A DNA stretch of 64,000 nt, taken from NCBI GenBank assembly GCA_046563655.1, contig CM102284.1:1178001-1242000 (forward strand), in the 5' to 3' direction. This DNA comes from Yuukianura sp. NJ FZ-2021. Taxonomy: Eukaryota. The position numbers and the translations under genes are program-made. The notes under the pieces were generated by a model. That model was given only the letters and a program-made list of their open reading frames with translations, was not told where the DNA came from and did no database searches. Positions 57,157 through 64,000 of the stretch are shown here, one piece after another (position 1 is the stretch's first letter; each line of letters starts with the position of its first letter).

Positions 57157-57378
57157 CCAACATATTGCCAACATATTGCCAACATGTTGCCAACATATTG
57201 CCAACATATTGCCATCATATTGTCAACATATTGCCAGCATATTGCCAACATATTGCCAACATATTGCCAACATATTGCCAACATATTGCCAACATATTGC
57301 CAACATATTGCCAACATATTGCCAACATATGGCCAACATATTGCCAACATAGTGCCAACATATTGCCAACATATTGCA
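57157..57378. repeat. 11-bp minisatellite (ccaacatattg) x~20
   Basis: Directly visible tandem array, preceded by a poly-C tract at ~57077-57095. Confidence 0.95.
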
Positions 57379-59060
57379 TAAGGTTATGTAAGGCAAATGT
57401 TATGTTATGCTAGTTTTTGCTAAGTTTATGTAGCCTATGTTAGTCAAAACCAATAGTCGCTTCATTTCTGATAGACATTCATACCCAAATCCTTTTCCAA
57501 CTTCACCAAACTCCAATTTTGAACAAAATTTATATTCGAAGAACTTTTTCTTCGAAATTTTGAATTTAAGTGGAATTGATATTCCAACAAAAGTGGATAA
57601 AAACCAAGAGGCTTGAGATTTGAAAAAGCAATTTCCACACACAAAATTTTATGATGATAGTTTTATTAAATTTTATGATATTTTGTTTTCGCACAAAAAT
57701 TCCTCTTCCGGAACAAGAAAATTCGATCTTTTGTTCAAGAAATTTTATGTATGTTTGTACAGAACTTTAAATTTTGTTTTAATTTTCACAAAAATTGTAG
57801 TGTCATGAACCATTTGTCTGCATTTTTTTAAAGTTTACTCGAAAAGAGATTAGATAATAGATAGTAGTGAGCAAAGAGACAGAAAAGTAGTTTTTTGTAT
57901 TTTAAATTTCGTGCGGAAATTTTTGGAATTTAACATTTTTGAAAAAAGTGAAAGGTGAGGCGTGTAATTTTTGGTGTAATAATTCAAGTGTGAGTTTTTA
58001 ATTGAAAAAATTTGAAAGATGAAAGAAGACATGAAACGTCGCAACTTTTGATGTTTTTTGACAAATTAGGGCTTTCCATTTCTCATCATGTTTCATGAGG
58101 CGTGCCGACTTGTAAGACATTTTTTACTGCCACTTATGGAAACCTTGTGGGAAAAGGTTTAATCATTTGCTAAATATTTCTGGCTGTCGACGACATCTAA
58201 GTGTCAGTGGCAGGTGGATTTAAGTGCTGCGGAGGGAGTGAGGAGGGGGAGGAGGTGGAGGGAGGAGGAGGAGGAGGGAGACTTGTCGTGCAACCTCTAC
58301 TATAGTTAGTAGGGGGCAGACGTCGCCACTGGAAACTTTTCAGCGTCGGATTCCGTTTTTCTCCTGTCGTGCCCAACTGTGTCGCTCTGCTTCTCGTTGG
58401 AAGGCGGGAGATTTATGACAATCACTTGCACTACATACGAGACAATATGGTTCCATGCTAGATTCCCATTTTCTAACAAAGAACTTCTGCCAGTACTGCC
58501 AGTACTACTGCCACTTTCACCTTATTCTTCCAGAAAACCCATATGCAGACAAGGAAGCATTTATCAAGCTCAACTGTCCAGGAGAACAGAATACTTAACT
58601 TTCACCTCCTGTTTCTCCCATTTCCCAAATCTGAAATTGGCTGAACTTCACTCGACCTACTTTAGTTGTACCCACGAGTTCGAATCTTCCTGGCCTCAAA
58701 CAACTCCTTCCCGAATAGCCTGTATAATCAATCTCAAACAATGTCACATGACCTTCCAAAAAAAAACGATTTTTAACGCGAATATGAAAACTTTACCTAA
58801 CGCGAAATTTCCAGCTGGCAACACTGTGTCACTAACTTATACACCAATTTACAACCAAATTTCATTCCATTTGATTCACTGAAGGCTACAAATTGTAATG
58901 AAACTTTGCTTTTTGGTAGCGGCAACACTGCAACAATTTGACGGCGTGGCAAACACAATTTTTTGGTTTAAAATTATTTTCCAGTGTTGCCGTTGTGAAG
59001 TTCGCGCGTTTTGTGCAGTAGGAAAGATAGAAATTAAGTAAAGGTAGGTTAACGTAGGCT

Positions 59061-59331
59061 GTAACATTTTTTGGTTGACTATGGCAACAGTGTAAGTTAT
59101 GGAGATGTGGGTACAAGAAAAGTTGTCACGCTTACGTCACCCAACTTTTGTAAAAGTAAAATTGTAACTTTGTGTTTCTGGGCCCGTTTCATTGAGCGTA
59201 ACATTTTTTTTTTGGTTGACTACCGCAGCTGAGCAGTTTTTGGAGATGTGGGTACAAGAAGATTTGTCAGGTTCACCTCAACCAGCTTTTGTGAAAGTGA
59301 AATCGTAACTTTGTGTTTTCCTGCCCGTTTC
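59061..59331. repeat. Diverged ~135-bp tandem duplication
   Basis: Two copies of gtaacattttt..ggttgacta...ggagatgtgggtacaagaa...gtaactttgtgttt...gcccgtttca at ~59061-59191 and ~59198-59331. Confidence 0.85.
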
Positions 59332-60459
59332 AGTAGAGCGGTTCCGTACAGATTTAAATTTGAGTTTTATTTACGACCTTACGTAGGTTGACAGTAATTA
59401 AGTTGCATGGGTTTAGTAATCAGAGCTTACGGGTGGCTACAAATTCTCCGCAGTGGCTCAATTATGGCAACCTAGGGGCTTAGCATACAAGACTCAAAGG
59501 CCAACTTCTCTTTCCATTTCAAATTTTCCCGCCTCTTTCTCTCTCTCTGAGCTATTTGAAATTGCCACCTCCCATTTTCCTCTTGGGTCATTAGTAAAAC
59601 CGTTCACGGAAATGTTGGGAGAAAAGAGGAAAACCCAAATGTAAACCCATTGTGTCATGCCTCATGTCCTCCCTCTACATCCACAATCTCCAACCTAATA
59701 ATTTCAAATTATTTGCTTCACTTCCGATTTAAGCTTAGTCTACTGAACCAATTTGGATTTTCCCGCTTCTCAGAATTCTAATTTGACTTGACTTTCTCCC
59801 TCGTGACCCAAGAACAAAACTCAACTTACTTTCACTTGACGGAGTCTCCGCAATTTCTGGTCTTTTAAATTCAACCTACATTCAACAACATCCCAAATTG
59901 AGCTAAAGAATTTTTAATTTTATAAACCAAAATTAAAACCCGCCAAATTTAAAATTTTCCGACATTCCTTGCCCCATTACGTTCGAAACTTACAAGCACG
60001 AGCTTTTTAGTTTTCTAAAAATAGAAAAAGTCAGTTTTGGCCGGGGAAAGAGAAAGTCAGTTTTCAGCTATTAGGAGAAGGAAATTATGAAAAAAAAGTT
60101 TGGGGCACTTTGAGATTTCTGAAAGGGAAAACGAGGAAATTTAAATTCCGAGCATGCTTGTGCCAGTGCCACCACCACTCATTTTCAGAGTTCACTTGAG
60201 AGTGAAAACGAAATTGTGAAATTAGTGTTTCATAATTGCAGCTTTTTCCTTCGTTTTTTTTGAGAAAGTGAAAGTGAGCTAAAGGCCAAAGGCCCTACTT
60301 TCTCTCTTCATCTGACTCTGAGGAACCACAACACAAAAACAAGAGTGGCGGGAAACACAGTTCCAACGAACCTTAAACTCCGTGTAATTGAATATGAAAT
60401 GTTGCGGAGGGAAGATTTCCTCTGGGACTCACTTGTGCTCACCATTCACTTTAATGCTT

Positions 60460-60952
60460 TATAGTTACTCCCTCCGTTTACTGTTTCAAATAGTTACTTC
60501 CTCTGCTTATTGCTTCATATCTACCTCCCGTTGCTGTGTTCAAATAGTTACTCCCTCCGCTTACTGCAATTGAGAGCTTCGTTGTTTATACTGTTCTGAA
60601 TAGTTACTCCCTCCGCTTACTGCAGTTGAGAGCTGCTTCTATTTGTTGTGTTCGGAATATCTAGTTACTCCCTCTGCTTTACTACTTCATAGTTACTCCC
60701 TCCGCTTTAATGCAATTGAGAACTTCTTCTGTTTATTGTTTTGAATAGTTACTCCCTCCGCATACTGCTGCATAGTTACTCCCTCCGCTTAGTGTACTTC
60801 GGAGTTACTTCACCTGACTGTGTTCCAAATAGTTACTCCCTGTTTATCGTGTTCTGAATAGCTACTCCCTCCGCTTACTGTGCTTCAAAGTTACTTCAAA
60901 TAGTTACTCCCACTGTTTGCAATGTTCTGAATAGTTACTCCCTTCGTGTTGC
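60460..60952. repeat. Degenerate ~28-bp satellite with core atagttactccctccgctt and irregular higher-order spacing
   Basis: About a dozen recognisable cores, spaced at roughly 28 or 56 bp, with related intervening sequence. Confidence 0.85.
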
Positions 60953-63900
60953 TGTATCTGCAGCTGTCGGACTCTTCAAACGGAAGTGAAAGTTGTAAAT
61001 AGGAGAAACTTGAGAGGTTTTATCTCATCTTTCATCAAATTCAACACGTTTTCAAAACTATTGTCTTTTCCGCTCACGAAAACCAGACAAAGGCGGAAAC
61101 ATTTTCAAAACATAACCGCATATTTTTTTAAAAAATTGATTTTTAGAAATGTTGGCGTGTTAGTACTTGTATTAAATTTTTAAACACAGAGCACAGCGTA
61201 CTACAAGCTGTACCGCATTTGAAATTTTTCCCAAACTACATTTTAAGAAAATTCCTTAATTGAAACGTTCGCTTGATTGAATTCACCAAATTTAATTTTT
61301 TTTAATCTTGTGATTCAAGAAAAGAACACGAAGAAATTGGAATTTCAAAATCAACAATTTTTTTTATGTCAGTGGCAAAGGAAATTTTGAAAGAGAAAAT
61401 TGAAGATGCGTCTATTTTCCATTTAGAAAGAGCTTCTTTAGCAATTGAAATCAAAATATTTACAGAAAACATGAACGAAACGAAAAGGAAAATTCTGTTT
61501 GAGGATTCTGAAAAGCTTTTCACTTTTTTTTTGAAACTGAAAATTTGTCAAAGTGGAAAAACTGAAAGAAACCAAATATTTGGAAAGTCGTATTTCACAC
61601 CTTGCTCAAAAAGAGAATGCCATTTGGGACTTACGACGAATTTTTGTGTCCTCGTTTTTTTTCTGTTTTCTCTAATCCGATTTTGGGGGGAAAATTCAAA
61701 ATGTAAAGAAAAAAGGACATTTTCCCGCCTTTGGAAGATTTTTCTTTTTCCAATATTTATGCTCCAATGGTCCATCAGGTTTTTGAGTTTACATGTCGAC
61801 ATGGAATTTGCAACTTCACAAAGGGAAATTCTATTTGGACTCTTGTTACTACCTTGAAGGTTTTCCCTAGAGAAAAATACGGGCTACAACCAGAAGGGAA
61901 ATGGCCCTCTCGCTTTTCAAAATGTGAAAAAAGAGAGTTTTTTGAAAATGTAAAAAAAATGAGAAAAAGTAAGAGCACTGAGGCGTAAATGGAATCAAGC
62001 AAAAAGAGAGTTCGCGTCTTGCGCGCGGTTCTTCAAACGCACAGGAGTTTTTATGAACTCTTTTCCATACTTTTTTTTCACTTTCACCACATGCTCCAAA
62101 ATTTTCAAAAGTTATAAAAACATGTTCATGTAAAACGGACCAAAAATATTCAACTTTTGTTTCAAATTTTATTGTTTTTAAAATATGTCGTTTTGCATTT
62201 TTTAAAACCTTCAGTTCTTATAGTTTCTTTGAGCAAACATGTTTATGCTAACTCAAACTTTTCAACATTTTTTCACAATTGAAAAAACGAAATGGAACTT
62301 TTTACCTTTTAACAAGTAAAAAGTTTGTTTTTCTTATATTACACATTCAAAAAATTTCCTTTTAAATTTTAAAACGAGCAAAAATTCCAATTTTGAATTA
62401 CTACCAAATTATTGTTGAGAGAATGAGAAATGAAAAAAAATTATGAAAAAGTTTGGTAATTGGCCTTGTTTTGCACAGAAGATTTGTTTTCCATCCCTTT
62501 TTCGTTCAGGAAAACAATTTTTGTTTTTGCAAAACTAATTAAAATTATTTTCGCTAAAAAGCTGAAGTTGTGCGAAGTTGTTCTTTTGTTTATGAGTTTT
62601 TTTTTTGTTAAAATGAAAGCAGCATTTTTTTTTCAAGCGAAAAAATAGCCTAATCAGCATAGAACTTTTTTTTTGCCTGTCACAGCGATTCAATTTATAT
62701 TTTTTTTGAAAAACATGTTTTTGTAGATTTTAATTTAGATTTCAGAAGTTTTCTCAATTTCAGAAAAAAGTGAGATGAGTTACAGCTACCTCGTTAGGAT
62801 ACTAGGCTTAACAAAGCATAATTTTTTTCAAATCAAGTTAAGTTTTTTTAAAAAAACTATGTTAGCTTTTGATAAAATCCTAAAAAGTAGTTTGACGTAG
62901 TAAGGTAATAGAGATAAATGGAGAGTAAGATAGACAAGATGGTAAAACCACGAGAGTTTGTTCTGAACAAAACTTTTTTGGTTCCTTTTCCAATCAGAAT
63001 TAGCCACAAAACCGCTAAAAACTTTTTTTCTCAAAAACGACATAAACTAAACTTTGTCTTTTTCGAAAACTTTACGTTCTAATCAGACCACCACTTCTTC
63101 TTCCTCGGCATGGCGGCAATGTAATTTGATTTCAAAGAATTCAAATTTCCCTCTCTCTCTAACATTACAAATGTGAGAACTTTGTTCTAAAGTTGAAGCG
63201 GGAAGTTTCAAAATTTGGAACCACGAAAAGTAAAACTTTTGTATCATCAACTAATTCTCTGTCTCTGTTTTTAGCATAGAGTTCTGCATACCTTGCGTCA
63301 ATTAGGACATACACGTGCCGCACAGTGGAACTTTCAAAAAAAAAAAAACTACTTTCTCCCGGGACTTTTTTTTCAAATTTTGAAAGAGGTTCATTTTGAG
63401 GTGAAGGCGGGAAGATGACATCCATTTGAAAATGGGATTACCATGGAGAGAAAACGTACAAGTTTCAGAAGAGCCGAGGGAAAATGACTCTTAATTTAAA
63501 AAAGACTTTTAAAATAGGCGCCTTTAAAAAAATTTAGAATGCTCTTCTTCTCTTTTTTATTTGCCTTGTGGGACTTGCCGGGAGACCTGAAATTTAAAAT
63601 ATTCAAAAAATAAAGTGCTCCCACACGCGCTCTTTTCTTAGTACATGCGACTTGACGTTCTCAATTAAGATCAAGACTAAAATTTAATTTAAAAGTGTTT
63701 TAGGCCTCCATTAATTACATTTACATAGCCCATACTTCAACTCCGTGATTCTAAACACAACTTGTTGCTCGTTAATAGCTCTATTGTTCACTTTCATTCA
63801 AAATTGGGTTTTCAAAATTTTGTAGATTTTTCCAAAAAAAAATTCTCCTTTCTATTTTCTCAATTACTCTCTGTCTTTCACTCAAAATTTCAGAAATCAA

Positions 63901-64000
63901 AAACTTATATTTTTGGCAAAAATAATAAAAATTCACAATGTTTTTTTTTGTTACAATTGAAGATCAGAAGGAAGTCTGCAAATTGTCTGAAAATGCAACT

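Noticed and set aside
57024-57413. ORFs with ANILPTYCQHI repeats on both strands
   Set aside because: Translation artefacts of an 11-bp minisatellite that lacks stop codons.
60460-60952. CRISPR array
   Set aside because: Repeats are degenerate, spacers vary in length and resemble one another and the repeat, there are no cas genes, and the context is eukaryotic.
56728-64000. Short ORFs in the 3' region (e.g. 58379-58882, 61366-61857, 63165-63425)
   Set aside because: F/K/L-rich composition typical of AT-rich non-coding DNA with no recognisable motifs; probably intronic or intergenic, though small exons cannot be excluded.

Overview
AT-rich animal genomic DNA with short GT-AG introns. It looks like a compact invertebrate (probably arthropod) genome; the taxon is inferred, not proven. 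Left to right: (1) a tandem array of highly divergent two-exon ionotropic-receptor-like genes (one partial at the window start, three apparently intact, one frameshifted, plus fragments), interrupted by a minus-strand heme-peroxidase-like gene whose catalytic residues appear substituted; (2) an ABCC1/MRP1 transporter; (3) a diacylglycerol lipase; (4) a ZNFX1 helicase with an extra N-terminal RGG/CCHC module; (5) an intronless-CDS, bacterial-looking CtlX-type amidinotransferase with a putative 5'UTR intron (horizontal-transfer candidate); (6) a MARF1-type NYN ribonuclease with a prion-like repeat region; (7) USE1; (8) a secreted Gly-rich repeat protein and a small orphan gene; (9) a kelch-like/mucin-like ORF broken at a perfect 57-bp inverted duplication; (10) a gene-poor 3' end with minisatellites. 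Several MITE-like foldback elements lie in introns and intergenic DNA. Exon boundaries were read by eye and no database searches were run.
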